A DNA stretch of 64,000 nucleotides from Mobula hypostoma (Eukaryota). Below are positions 39,436 to 51,942 of this stretch, in pieces; the stretch's first letter is position 1, and each line of letters begins with the position of its first letter. The notes under the pieces were generated by a model, which was not told the origin of the DNA, made no database searches, and worked only from the letters and a program-made list of their open reading frames with translations. The stretch spans positions 130,512,001 through 130,576,000 of the forward strand of contig NC_086097.1 of assembly GCF_963921235.1 (NCBI RefSeq), written 5' to 3'. Made by a program: the position numbers and the translations under genes.

Positions 39436-42057
39436 CTCCTCTATTCTTAGCTATAAGTATGGATTAAGTTGTCCCATTCAGGCCGAAAGATTTTATTGCT
39501 AAGGAGAAAATCTTACTCTTGTGGGATAATGTCTTTCTTGACAATGGGGACGTCACTCTGCTTGGTAGATGAGACTTGTGGCCGTGAAACAATCTCATGT
39601 TCTGGAGTCTAGTTTGTGGCAGTGGTAAGAGTTGACTCTGGGACTGCGGGAAGTGGTTCTGACAGCTCTGGACACCTTTCTTCGCTAACAATCGACTCTG
39701 GTTTCGTCAACTGATCAATGTGTCGTCTCCAGATGACATCAGAGTGTAGGAGAGTGGTCCAGATCTGTTCTTAATCTTGACAAATACGCACTTTTGATCA
39801 AAGTTGTAGTCCTTTGCTAGGACTGCTTATCCAGGAGTGAAACATCGAACCTCCTTGTTTGAGGAGCTCTCAACTCGTCTCAGTTGTTTGTTCTGCATAC
39901 TCCTTCTGAGATTATGTTTGAGGACGTCCGAGCATGAATGACCCAGGAGCAGCATAGCTGGTGAGTTGCTGGTTGTAGAGTGTGCTGTATTACAATACGC
40001 ACAGAGGAAATTGAGGAGCTTCAGATTCAGTGTTAGTGTAGTGTGTTCTGCTGACAGTGCATTCTTTAGACTCTGGATGAAACTTTCCACCAAGTCATTT
40101 ATAGCTGTGTGGTATGGTACAAATTTAATATATCATATTCCATTCATTTTCAGGAATGAATGAAACTGTTCTGCAGCAAACTGTGGTCCATTGTCACTGA
40201 CTAATGGTCCTGGACCACCAGTCCTTGAGAAGAGGCTTCTCAACACATCAGCAATGTGTGAGACTGTAGTGGAGGCTATTGGGAGCATTTATAGCCACTT
40301 TCTAGCTGCATCCACTAATACCAAGAAATTAGTGCCCAAGAGTGGTCCAGCAAAATCCACAAGAATCATCTGCTCGGGCAATGCAGGTCATTCCCAGGGA
40401 TGGAGCAGCGCTGCTTTTGGCATCTTCTGGACATGTTGGCATCCTGAACAGTGCATAGCAAGCTGCTCAATCTGCTGGTCTATCTCAGGCCACTAGACAA
40501 AGTTTCAAGACAACAGTTTCATTTCGACAATGCTTAGATGACCAGCATGTAGCTCCTCCAACAATTGAGCTCTCAGCTTGGATGGTACAACTCTCAATGT
40601 CCATATAAGGTAACCCCCATTAAGTTTATCCTGCGCTGGTAAAAATGGGAGAACTGGGATTTCTGCTGCACATTTGGGTGGCTGAGCAGACCTGAGGTCA
40701 CAACAGGAGGAATGTCCTCATTTGTAAATGACTCAGATAGTTCTTTTTCCAAGGATAAGCATGACAAACCATCAGCATTTCCATGATTAATCATTCTCTT
40801 GAATTTGACCTTATAATTGTGTCCTCTAAGAAACAGAGCCCATCTCTGCATTCATGGATTCTATAACACACTTCTATGGATTGAAAATGGACACTAGTGA
40901 TTGATGATCAGTAATGAAGGTAAGCTCTCTCCTGTACAAATACTGGTTGAATTGTTTTACACCCCAAATCAGACTCAAGGCCTCTCTGTTATCAGTGCAC
41001 AATATTTCTCTGCAGCAGTAAGGGAATGTGATGCAAAGGCTATAGAATGTTCACTTCTATCTCTCATAGCATGACTGCCCCTAAGGCAAGGCATCAAAGG
41101 CAAGCTTCACTGCGTGATGAGGATTATACTGTGTGAGTACAGTGTCTGACATCATCATTTCCTTTACCTTTTTGTCCATTGCCATTTCTTCACGGTCTGT
41201 AGTAATGAATTCAAGAGACATGGCACAGTAGCCAGGTTAAACAGGCATCTGTTATAGTAATTGACAAATCCTAATATGGACCACAACTGTACCATGTCTT
41301 TTGGCTTTGAAGCATCCATCTCTGCTTGAACCTTCTCGGTACATTTCTGCAAATTCTCGTGTGTCAATGTTGTGACCACAGTAAGTTCAAAGTTCCAAGT
41401 ACATTTATTATCAAAGTATGCAAACATTATAGAAACTTGAGATTTTTTTTTCTTACTGGCAGCCACAAAACAAAGAAACATCAAAAGAACCCATATAAAA
41501 AGACCATCAAACACCCAATGCACAGAGACAGAACAAAAATACAAACTGTGCAAATAATAAAAGTAAGCAAATAGCTTCAGAACTAAAGTTTTACAGAAGA
41601 CACAAAGACAGACATCACTGCAGCTGGAGCAGGCCATAGCCTCAGCTCAGTGCGGAGCTGAGTAAATGTCCCAGAGCAGCGAGCAGAACTGGCCCTCGCC
41701 TCACCTCCGGACCCGACACCCTGACCTTTTCAATCTGGTCTGGCGCTTAAATCATCCAAACATTGCGTCGTTCCCTGCTTCTGGACACTTTAGAGCCTGA
41801 GCATTAATTCACTTTCAGATTCTATTATAGGGGAAATGGCATTCAAATGGTGGATGGATCTCCAATGAAGTTTTAGTTGTCTCAGTCACTCACCACCCCA
41901 AAATGCTGGCCCTCCTGTTTTTACCACATACAAGCCCAATCTTGCTTGTTGATTGTTGTAAACAGCAGGAATTCTGTAGATGCTGGAAATTCAAGCAACA
42001 CACATCAAAGTTGCTGGTGAACGCAGCAGGCCAGGCAGCATCTGTAGGAAGAGGTAC

Positions 42058-42093
42058 AGTCGACGTTTCAGGCTGAGACCCTTCGTCAGGACT
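42058..42093 (-). ncRNA. Minimal type I hammerhead ribozyme motif (sense to the host pre-mRNA)
   Basis: Reverse complement reads AGTCCTGACGAAGGGTCTCAGCCTGAAACGTCGACT. Confidence 0.8.
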
Positions 42094-42865
42094 AACTGAA
42101 GGAAGAGTGAGTAAGGGATTTGAAAGTTGGAGGGGGAGGGGGAGATCCAAAATGATAGGAGAAGACAGGAGGGGGAGGGATAGAGCCAAGAGCTGGGCAG
42201 GTGATAGGCAAAAGGGATATGAGAGGATCATGGGACAGGAGGTCCGGGAAGAAAGACAAGGGGGCGGGGGGGACCCAGAGGATGGGCAAGAGGTATATTC
42301 AGAGGGACAGAGGGAGAAAAAGGAGAGTGAGAGAAAGAATGTGTGCATAAAAATAAGTAACAGATGGGGTACGAGGGGGAGGGGGGGCCTTAGCAGGTTA
42401 GAGAAGTCGATGTTCATGCCATCAGGTTGGAGGCTACCCAGACGGAATATAAGGTGTTGTTCCTCCAACCTGAGTGTGGCTTCATCTTTACAGTAGAGGA
42501 GGCCATGGATAGACATGTCAGAATGGAAATGGGATGTGGAATTAAAATGTGTGGCCACTGGGAGATCCTGGAAGGGCCCCCCTCCCCCTCGTACCCCATC
42601 TGTTACTTATTTTTATGCACACATTCTTTCTCTCACTCTCCTTTTTCTCCCTCTGTCCCTCTGAATATACCTCTTGCCCATCCTCTGGTCCCCCTCCCTT
42701 GTCTTTCTTCCTGGACCTCCTGTCCCATGATCCTCTCGTATCCCCTTTTGCCTATCACCTGTCCAGCTCTTGGCTCTATCCCTCCCCCTCCTGTTTTCTC
42801 CTATCATTTTGGATCTCCCCCTCCCCCTCCAATTTTCAAATCCCTTACTCACTCTTCCTTCAGTT

Positions 42866-42901
42866 AGTCCTGACGAAGGGTCTCGGCCTGAAACGTCGAC
42901 T
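42866..42901 (+). ncRNA. Minimal type I hammerhead ribozyme motif
   Basis: AGUC-CUGACGA-AGG GUCUCGG CCU-GAAA-CG-UC|GACU: intact core, stem I AGUC/GACU, stem II AGG/CCU, palindromic ACGU stem III. Confidence 0.8.
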
Positions 42902-43046
42902 GTACCTCTTCCTACAGATGCTGCCTGGCCTGCTGCGTTCACCAGCAACTTTGATGCGTGTTGTTGATTGTTGTATTTCACTGTTATGAATGTCATTCCC
43001 ACAAGGGTTATCTGTTCTCCAGTATAAATTCTTAGTTAAATATCTG

Positions 43047-45060
43047 GCAACCGACCTATTGTCTCAGCTTGCTCCTGCCCCACTGACCTATTGTCTCAGC
43101 TTGCTCCTGCCCCACTCGACCTATTGTCTCAGCTTGCTCCTGCCCCACCGAACTCGTTTCTGCATATCTGCATACCTCGACACTGTTTTATCACCCCTTG
43201 TTCAATCCCTTCCTACCTATGTTCGTGACACTTCTCACGCTCTTAAACTTTTCAATGATTTTAAGTTCCCTGGCCCCCACCGCTTTATTTTCACCATGGA
43301 TGTCCAGTCCTTATATACTTCCATCCCCCATCGGGAAGGTCTCAAAGCTCTACGCTTCTTTTTGGATTCCAGACCTAATCAGTTCCCCTCTACCACCACT
43401 CTGCTCCGTCTAGCGGAATTAGTCCTTACTCTTAATAATTTCTCCTTCGGCTCCTCCCACTTCCTCCAAACTAAAGGTGTAGCTATGGGCACCCGTATGG
43501 GTCCTAGCTATGCCTGCCTTTTTGTTGGGTTTGTGGAACAATCTATGTTCCGTGCCTATTCTGGTATCTGTCCCCCACTTTTCCTTCGCTACATCGACGA
43601 CTGCATTGGCGCTGCTTCCTGCACGCATGCAGAACTCGTTGAATTTATTAACTTTGCCTCCGACTTTCACCCTGCCCTCAAGTTTACCTGGTCCATTTCC
43701 GACACCTCCCTCCCCTTTCTAGATCTTTCTGTCTCTATCTCTGGAGACAGCTTATCCACTGATGTCTATTATAAGCCTACTGACTCTCACAGCTATCTGG
43801 ACTATTCCTCTTCTCACCCTGTCTCTTGCAAAAACGCCATCCCCTTCTCGCAATTCCTCCGTCTCTGCCGCATCTGCTCTCAGGATGAGGCTTTTAATTC
43901 TAGGACGAGGGAGATGTCTTCCTTTTTTAAAGAAAGGGGCTTCCCTTCCTCCACTATCAACTTTGCTCTTAAACACATCTCCCCCATTTCACGTACACCT
44001 GCTCTCACTCCATCCTCCCGCCACCCCACTAGGAATAGGGTTCCCCTGGTCCTCACCTACCACCCCACCAGCCTCCGGGTCCAACATATTATTCTCCGTA
44101 ACTTCCGCCACCTCCAATGGGATCCCACCACTAAGCACATCTATCCCTCCCCCCGCCTCTGCATTCCGCAGGGATCGCTCCCTACGCAACTCCCTTGTCC
44201 ATTCGTCCCCCCCATCCCTCCCCACTGATCTCCCTCCTGGCACTTATCCACGTAAGCACACTTCCTCCCTTACCACCATTCAGGGCCCCAAACAGTCCTT
44301 CCAGGTGAGGCGACACTTCACCTGTGAGTCGGCTGAAGTGATATACTGTGTCCGGTGCTCCCGATGTGGCCTTTTATATATTGGCGAGACCCGACGCAGA
44401 CTGGGAGACCGCTTTGCTGAACATCTACGCTCTGTCCGCCAGAGAAAGCAGGATCTCCCAGTGGCCACACATTTTAATTCCACATCCCATTCCCATTCTG
44501 ACATGTCTATCCACGGCCTCCTCTACTGTAAAGATGAAGCCACATTCAGGTTGGAGGAACAACACCTTATATTCCGTCTGGGTAGCCTCCAACCTGATGG
44601 TATGAACATCGACTTCTCTAACTTCCGCTAAGGCCCCACCTCCCCCTCGTACCCCATCTGTTACTTATTTTTATGCACACATACTTTCTCTCACTCTCCC
44701 TTTTTCTCCCTCTGTCCCTCTGAATATACATCTTGCCCATCCTCTGGGTACCCCCCCCCTTGTCTTTCTTCCTGGACCTCCTGTCCCATGATCCTCTCGT
44801 ATCCCCCTTTGCCTATCACCTGTCCAGCTCTTGGCTCTATCCCTCCCCCTCCTGTCTTCTCCTATCATTTTGGATCTCCCCCTCCCCCTCCAACTTTCAA
44901 ATCCCTTACTCACTCTTCCTTCAGTTAGTCCTGACGAAGGGTCTCGGCCTGAAACGTCGACTGCACCTCTTCCTACAGATGCTGCCTGGCCTGCTGCGTT
45001 CACCAGCAACTTTGATGTGTGTTGCTTGAATTTCCAGCATCTGCAGAATTTCTGTTTGCG
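43047..45060 (+). mobile_element. Penelope-like element (Neptune-like), 5'-truncated, RT plus GIY-YIG endonuclease
   Basis: RT motifs RPIVS, MDVQSLYTSIPH, QTKGVAMGT, RYIDD and PFLDL; EN motifs VIYCVRCSRCGLLYIGETRRRLGDRFAEH and GMN. One frameshift near 44150. Target duplication TAGTTA(A/G)ATATCTG at 43033-43046 and 45061-45074. Confidence 0.93.
44927..44962 (+). ncRNA. Minimal type I hammerhead ribozyme motif
   Basis: Identical motif to 42866-42901, in the 3' UTR of the RT-encoding copy; predicted cut after C44958. Confidence 0.8.
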
Positions 45061-46265
45061 TAGTTAGATATCTGTAGGCTTCAGTTCAGTATTTTTGAAA
45101 TGCCAATCAAAATAATTTTGTGGAATGACTGAAACAGGGGAGCTCGTGTCCAATTCCCTTTTAATTAATTTACCATTCACTTCTGGTGTAACCATATTGC
45201 TTGTCTCCTGTAAGTTTTTCACATTGTAAATCTCAAGTCTACTCAGTCCTGAGTCACTCTCATCATTGCCAGGTTTTTCATCAGCAGCATGCAGGTTAGT
45301 GCTCTTTCTGGAACTGCAACTTGACAATTTATCCTTTCTCTTCCCTACAGAGTCCATTTATTTTTGTCTGCCTGACATGCCCTTTATATGTGTCCTACTT
45401 TGTTGCATTTTCTGAAAGTTTCACCTTTAAATCGGCATTGGTCTAGTGTATGTGAGCCCCTGCCACAATGGTAACACAATTTGTTTGGCCAGATGGGTTT
45501 CTGTTTAGACGTTGCAATTTTGTTCATACCCAATTTCATTCCTGACTGCAACTCAATTGTGTCTCTATCTGCTGTTTTTACTGATACAGCAATTTCAACT
45601 GCTCTTTTAAATATGAGTTGTGCTTCAGTTAGGAGCCATTTTTGAATGCTTTCTTGGAAGTTTCCACAAACTAAATGATCTCTCAGTGCATCATTAAGCC
45701 AATCACTAAACTGACAATGCTCACACTAATTCTTCAATTCAGACAGGTACACTGAAATGGATTCCCCTTACTTTTGATTCCACTTATGAAACTTAATGTG
45801 TTCTGCAATCAACAGTAGTTTTGGTTTCTGCATTACTTTCATGATATCAGCAAAGCTCATTTCAGCTGGTTTGGTTGGGGGTGTTAAATTTCTAAGCAAA
45901 CTGTATGAGCTTCTATCCAGTACACTGTGCAAAACTGGCACTTACTTGCATTGGCTATTTCATTTGCTTCAAAATACTGCACAATTCAGTCAGTATACTA
46001 CATCGTCTTATCTTTTGTGCAATCAAGTGCATCTATTGTCCTAATGTAGTCAGTCATTTCTGCAATATATATATATATTATTAACACCTGTTTATGAACC
46101 TATGAATTTGTATGTTCTCTGCCTTTTTTAAACCCAACCATCTGTGTCCCTTCCCAAAGAAGTGCTGCACAGTTCTTTTATTCAACTGTTTCTTGCTACA
46201 CTTTTTAAAAACTCAAATGTCTCGCTGCACTTCAACAGATTTGTTCAAAGCTTCCTTATCACCAC

Positions 46266-46504
46266 TTTTATGTCTTGTAACTCCAAAACACAAAACTATT
46301 TAAAGCAACAACACGCAGCTGGGAATTTGTGTTTTAGTTTCATTTTTACTTGAGTGAGATGTGCACATTATGCTGTGGTAATAGGATTACGTATGCCATT
46401 CATGTACTTTTACATATAACCCATAATGAATTATGTAAACAAACAAAGAATGCTTAATCAAACAATATATTTACAATATTACTGAAATATTAAATACACA
46501 ATCA
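46266..46504 (-). repeat. 5' LTR of the Mag-like element
   Basis: Shares TTGTAACTC, ATGCCATTCA, TATAACCC and GCTTAATCAAACAATAT blocks with 39203-39435. Confidence 0.72.
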
Positions 46505-47300
46505 CAATTTTTGACATGATGTCTATTGTGTTCGATCATCCTCTTCAACATCCACTCCCTGCCCTATGCACTTGCCCATGAAACCACAGGAGATACAACA
46601 CAACTCCTTTTAACTCTTCCTTTCCTACTATTCTTGGAGTTAAACAAACTGGTCATTTGAAGCACTGATTCATTTGTAGTTCCTACAATCCAGTGCTCAC
46701 AATATAGTTTTATCAACTGAATGATAATTGGGTGGAGACAGAAAGGAAGACAGATGTTGAAATATGAAGAAACAAACACAAGCTACTGAAGGAACTCAGC
46801 TGATCAAGCAGCATCTATAGCAGGAAATGAAGATGAGATTGACAAGACAGTACCAATGCAGTCATCGATGTAGCAGAGCAAGAGTTGGGGAGTGGTGCCA
46901 GAGTAGATTTGGAACAAAGACTGCTCGACGTAGTCAATGAAAAGACAGGCATTGCTACGGACCATGTGAATACCATTTCCCTCTACAGATGCTGCCTAAC
47001 CTGCTGTGCTCCTCAAACAGCTTGTTTTGTGTAGAAGATTGGGCGAGCATTTTGCAGACCACCTACATTTAGTCCACCAGGATGGTTCCTGACACTTTTA
47101 ATTTTTCATCTTATTCCCACTCTGACCTATCAGTTTGTAGTCTCCTATACTGTTGAATGTAAAACTGAAAACCAGAATCTCTTCTTCTGCTATGGCACAT
47201 TGGTACTCTCCAGACTCTGCACCAAACTTTAAAACTTCAAATAACCACTTCTGTGTTTGTACTGGCTTGTTTTGATTTAGGTTATTCACCTGTAATAATA

Positions 47301-47895
47301 AGACCATAAGATCATAAGATATAGGAGCAAGCCATTTGGCCCATTGAGTCTGCTCTGCCATTTCATCTTGGCTTATCCAATTTTCCTCTTATCTACAATC
47401 TCCTGCCTTCTCCTCGTATCCCTTCATGCCCTGACCAATCAAGAATCTATCAACCTCTGTCTTAAATGTACATAAAGACTTGGACACCACAGCTGCTTCT
47501 GGCAAAGAATTCCACAGATTCACCACTCTCTGGCTAAAGAAATTCCCCCTTATCTCCATTCGAAAAGGACATCTCTCTATTGAGGCTGTGTCTTAGACTT
47601 TACCACCACAGGAAACATCCTCTCCACATCCACTCTATCAAGGCCTTTCACCATTCGATAGGTTTCAATTAGGTCGCCCCTCATTCTTCTGAATTCTAGT
47701 AAACAAAGGCCCAGAGCCATCTAACATTTTTCATATGACAAGCCGTTCAATCTTGGAATTATTTTCGTGAACCTTTGAACCCTCTTCAGTTTCAGCACAT
47801 CCTTTCTAAAATAAAGGGTCCAAAACTGTTCATAACACTCCAAGTGAGGCCTCATCAGTGCTGTATAAAGTCCTGACATTACTTCCTTGTTTTTA
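47301..47895 (-). mobile_element. CR1 LINE 3' fragment
   Basis: LYTALMRPHLECYEQFW motif and CATAAGA-type tail repeats on +. Closely related to 57728-58697. Confidence 0.85.
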
Positions 47896-50800
47896 AAATG
47901 GCTCAGTTCTCCTCTGTCCATGAGAAAGGCTTGACATAGTGGTCTATAACTCTGCACCTTTCAGTTTTTAATATTCATTTGCTTGTATTTTCTCTCTGAC
48001 TTTCTCTCTAATGAACCTCATTAACCTATTAACTAAATGACATAATCCACAAACTATCCCCATAGCAACCAGGGTTCATTGATGAGGATACATCACCTGG
48101 AACTAAAGGACAGAGCTTAACAATAAGGCATTGCCCGTTTAAGGAAGAGGAGATAAGGGATTTCTTCTCTCAAAGCATCATGCATGTGTGGAATTCTCTA
48201 CCCCAGAGAGTTGTGAAGACTGAGTCACTGAACATTTTCAGTGTTGAGGCAGACAGATTGTTGGATTATAGGGGAATCAAGCGCCATAGGGAATAAGAAC
48301 AAAAGTTGAAGTGAGGCCAAATTCAGATCAGCTGCAATTTTTTTTTAAGATTAAAGATTAGCTTTATTTGTCACATGTATATTGAAGTACTGAAAAATCC
48401 AGTGAAATGTGTTACTTGCATCAACCACCAACATAGTGCATGGATGTGGTGAGGGAAGCCCACAAGTGTCACCATGCTTCGGGTATGAACTTAGCATGCT
48501 CACAACTTACTAATCCTGACCCACATGTTTTTTGGAATGTGAGAGTCCAGAGCATCCAGTGGAAACCCACACGGTCACAGGGAGAATTTACTAACTTTTT
48601 ACAGGCAACAGTGAGAATTGAACTCTGACCTTCTGATGGCTGACACTGTTCAGTGTTACACTAGCCACTATGCTACCCCATGCCACCCAGTCTTGTTGAA
48701 CAGCACAGCAACCTTGAAGGCCTATATGCTAGGGAAGATTAGTGTTTTGGCATCAATTTTGAATCTCACAAGGGCAGTTACTACACCTTTGAGTGAACCT
48801 AAAGGGCTGAATACCTGAACAGTTACTGCTTGGAGTTCTGCACTGGTGTGGTTCCATAAAGTTCAAAAATATCCTGGACATGGAGCTTTTCTCCAAATTG
48901 CAGAGGCTTGTAATTTTCAGTGACTGATGGAGCAGCACTGCATGTCACTGACTTCAGTGAGAATTCTGCACAAAGATCTAGTGATTTCTGCAGTGCGGAT
49001 TTCTCATTTCCCAAGGTCAGGACATATCTGACGTCAATTCAGGTGGTGGCTCAAAGGGATCTTTTGTGTTCTTCAATGTATCAATGGTGTCTGAGCAGCC
49101 AATAACATGAATGTTAGTGAATGGTACAGTATCATCGAATGCTACTATGAAGGACAATGCTATCTTTTCGTAGTGTCATCTTCTTACTATTGGGCTGGAG
49201 GTACAAAAGCCTAAAGTTCCACACCACCAAATTAAAGAAAGCTACTTTGTTCAACCGTTCACTTCTAGAACCAACGTAATCACTTCAGTTTAGAACACTA
49301 TGACCACTTTAATCACTTTGCGCTAAAATGAACTTTGGTTTGATTTTACAAAGGTTATGGGATTTATTTAACCTGAATTTTTAGAACAGAAGTAATAGAA
49401 AACATGGCCCATCAAACCTGTCCCACCATTCAATATCATAGCCAAAATGTTTCAGAACTCATCTTCTCTTCTGGGCCAGATCTCCACTGCCCTCAGTTCT
49501 ATGATTTTACAAAAAATTACCCACTTCTTCCTTAAGTACTCCCAATGACCCACCCTCCACAACCCTCCTGGCATTCCCTTTTTTCTCTCTTCTGCCTTTT
49601 GGGAGAAGATAAAGGTGCTTGAAAGCCTGGCCATCCAGATTTAAGAACACCTTCGACCTCACTGCTATCAGAATTCTGAACCAGTCACCTCTATCACATC
49701 CCCTTCACAGTGATGCTGCCACATTCTCGAACTCTTGCACTTTTGTCGCTTTAGTGCTTCTAACTTCATCATTCCATTAATGGCACTTATTGCTGTATTT
49801 ATTGTTGTACTTATCATTACCGTGTACTCTGTTTACACTGTGAGCTTCACTTGAGCAAGGAATTTCATTGCACCCTGGTGTCCATGACAACAAATTAACC
49901 TGAATCTGTTGAAAATTCCAGAGACTTTTTACCATCTGCAGGAGGAAGTTTGTATGCACCTTAGCCTTAATAAACTACTCCATAATCTTTCAAGCAGCCC
50001 TTAGTAATTGTATATCAACACCAAACATATCCAAACCATATAGATGTGACTTTAGCCCATCTATTATTTCCTGACAATGACTTGAAGTGTGGGCAGCAAC
50101 CATTGCACTAAAGGGCGATGTGCCCTGCAACAGGATACACTCTTCTTAGTGCTCTCTGAGGGCACCATGTATCCCATGAGTGCACAGTCAAAATAGACTT
50201 GCCTTGTGAAATCACCATTGTGGTTCACTCCCTTTAAGAAGAGTTCAATTTGACCCGCAGATTTTACCGACACCACTCCTTGTCAGTAAGCAGGGGTAAA
50301 GGCATCCACCACTAATCCTCCATGGGTGACCATGCAAATGAGGCCAAATACTAGGGATGTTGTTGGGTGGGGAGCAGTTGCAAAACGTAAGTGGATGGGG
50401 TGGGGGATAGTAATACACAAGTGGAAGGAAGGGGTAGGTCTCCCAAAGTCAAAGCTAAAGTCAAATTTACTGTCATATACACAAAGCACAGGTGCAATGA
50501 AAAATTATTTTTAGTGGCATCACAAGCACGTATCATTAAATATTAGCTACAAGAAAAAAACATAAACAAGACTTATACCTTTTTTAACAAGAAAAAAAAC
50601 ACAATTAGAACAAATAAAGAAGTGATCAAAGTAGTCAAGAGTGTGTAGTGATTATGGTTGTTCTGAATTCCCTTTATTTCCCTTTGAGCATGAAAAGGAT
50701 TCATTATTTCACATACACTTAACTGTCCCAACAGATCCCAGGGAAAATACTGATCATATATCAGGCAGGGTTTCAGTGTGGTGTACTCATTGTTGAACTA

Positions 50801-51942
50801 TGAGTTAATCATGAAGGTTATGCTCCAGTTCCTGTTTCATGAATGAGAAATGCAGTAAAGAAATGCCACACACATTTGAGTGAATCATGATTGGAAGCAT
50901 TCAGTCCAATTTCCCAATCAGTGTGACTTCATAAAGAAATGAGTAAAGCACCAAAATATATCCAAATTTATTTCTGCTGTAATTATGCACAAAAATGCAA
51001 ATACAAATGGGTTGAATTCCTTATCAATAAAGTTGTTGGTTTAACTCTCCACCCACATCACATGACTGCCCATTTCCAACTGAGACAGGCCTTTAGGAAG
51101 GCCACAAAAGCCATTTTTCCCCTCTGGGTGCTATAGCAAGAGGAAAAGGAGATTGGAGATATTTCTATAGCTCCCTCCAATCTTGATTACAAGAAATCAT
51201 GCTGTCCCTGCTTCTCCAGAGTTATATACTTTGCTCCCTTCCATTTACAGGTGGGGAGAGGGCACCTATCGCATCTCACTCACCTGAAATTTGCACCTTG
51301 CGGTAAATAACACAATGGTTTCCATTATCAACTTACTCATTGAGATGGGCTCCTGCACCAGAACAGTTTCTCAAATACAATCTATTTTCAGACTGAAATG
51401 GCTAAAGGTAATACTTGGTTAAACAATAGGTCAGTTAGTTTGTGACAATAACGCTTTGCAAAGTGTGATGCTTCTTAAATTGAACTCAGGTCAAAGCATG
51501 GGTAACAGTTTCCAACCATGAAGATATTGCATACCTTGTGAAATGCCAGCAACTGGTGCAAAAACAAAGTTTGAAAACTATTCAGATGATATAGCTATGG
51601 TACTTTTTTTAGAATCTCCAGGATTCTCAAACCGTAATAAGAGTTAATCAGTCCTTCAGTGGCATTGTCGACACTTTTCACCGCCTTGGTAATCAGCCAA
51701 CATAAGCAAAGTCCCCACCCACCTCAGACTATTCCACTATTAAAAGACTATTGAACGGTCCCCTGTTACAATAACATGGATTCTTGACCTCACAGTCCAC
51801 TATGGTATAGCTTTGCATCTTACTGACTGCCTGCACTGCACTGTGTCTGAAACAGTAACAGTTTATTCTGCACTGTTATAATGAAATGATCTGTATAGAG
51901 GTACATCCATTGGTATTTCCACTGTACTTAGGTATATGTGAC

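Larger units (their letters stand above)
41961..42963. mobile_element. Penelope-like insertion made of two inverted 3' segments (pLTRs)
   Basis: 41961-42570 is the reverse complement of the element 3' end (EN C-terminus plus UTR); 42572-42963 is a forward 3' UTR. Flanked by the duplication TTGATTGTTGTA (41949-41960 and 42964-42975). Confidence 0.88.
39203..46504 (-). mobile_element. Old Mag/K02A2.6-like Gypsy LTR retrotransposon with nested insertions
   Basis: Diverged ~235-bp LTRs. On the minus strand: gag (LNDALRDHLVCG, CYHCG..H..C), protease (VNGKLIKRELDTS..VSVIP...LRIYTGEQI...GPAFWG), RT end (LGFVNYYNR), RH (MQRWALFL..HGNADGLS) and integrase (LVSDNGPQF, VESFIQSLKNAL). PBS-like TGGTGATAAGG next to the 5' LTR and a purine tract next to the 3' LTR. 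Confidence 0.85.

Noticed and set aside
41890..42558. 222-aa minus-strand ORF
   Set aside because: It is the Penelope EN C-terminus reading through into the low-complexity UTR after loss of the stop codon.
39195..46512. TSD for the Mag-like element
   Set aside because: The flanks (GCAC versus TCAC/CAAT) are too decayed to call.
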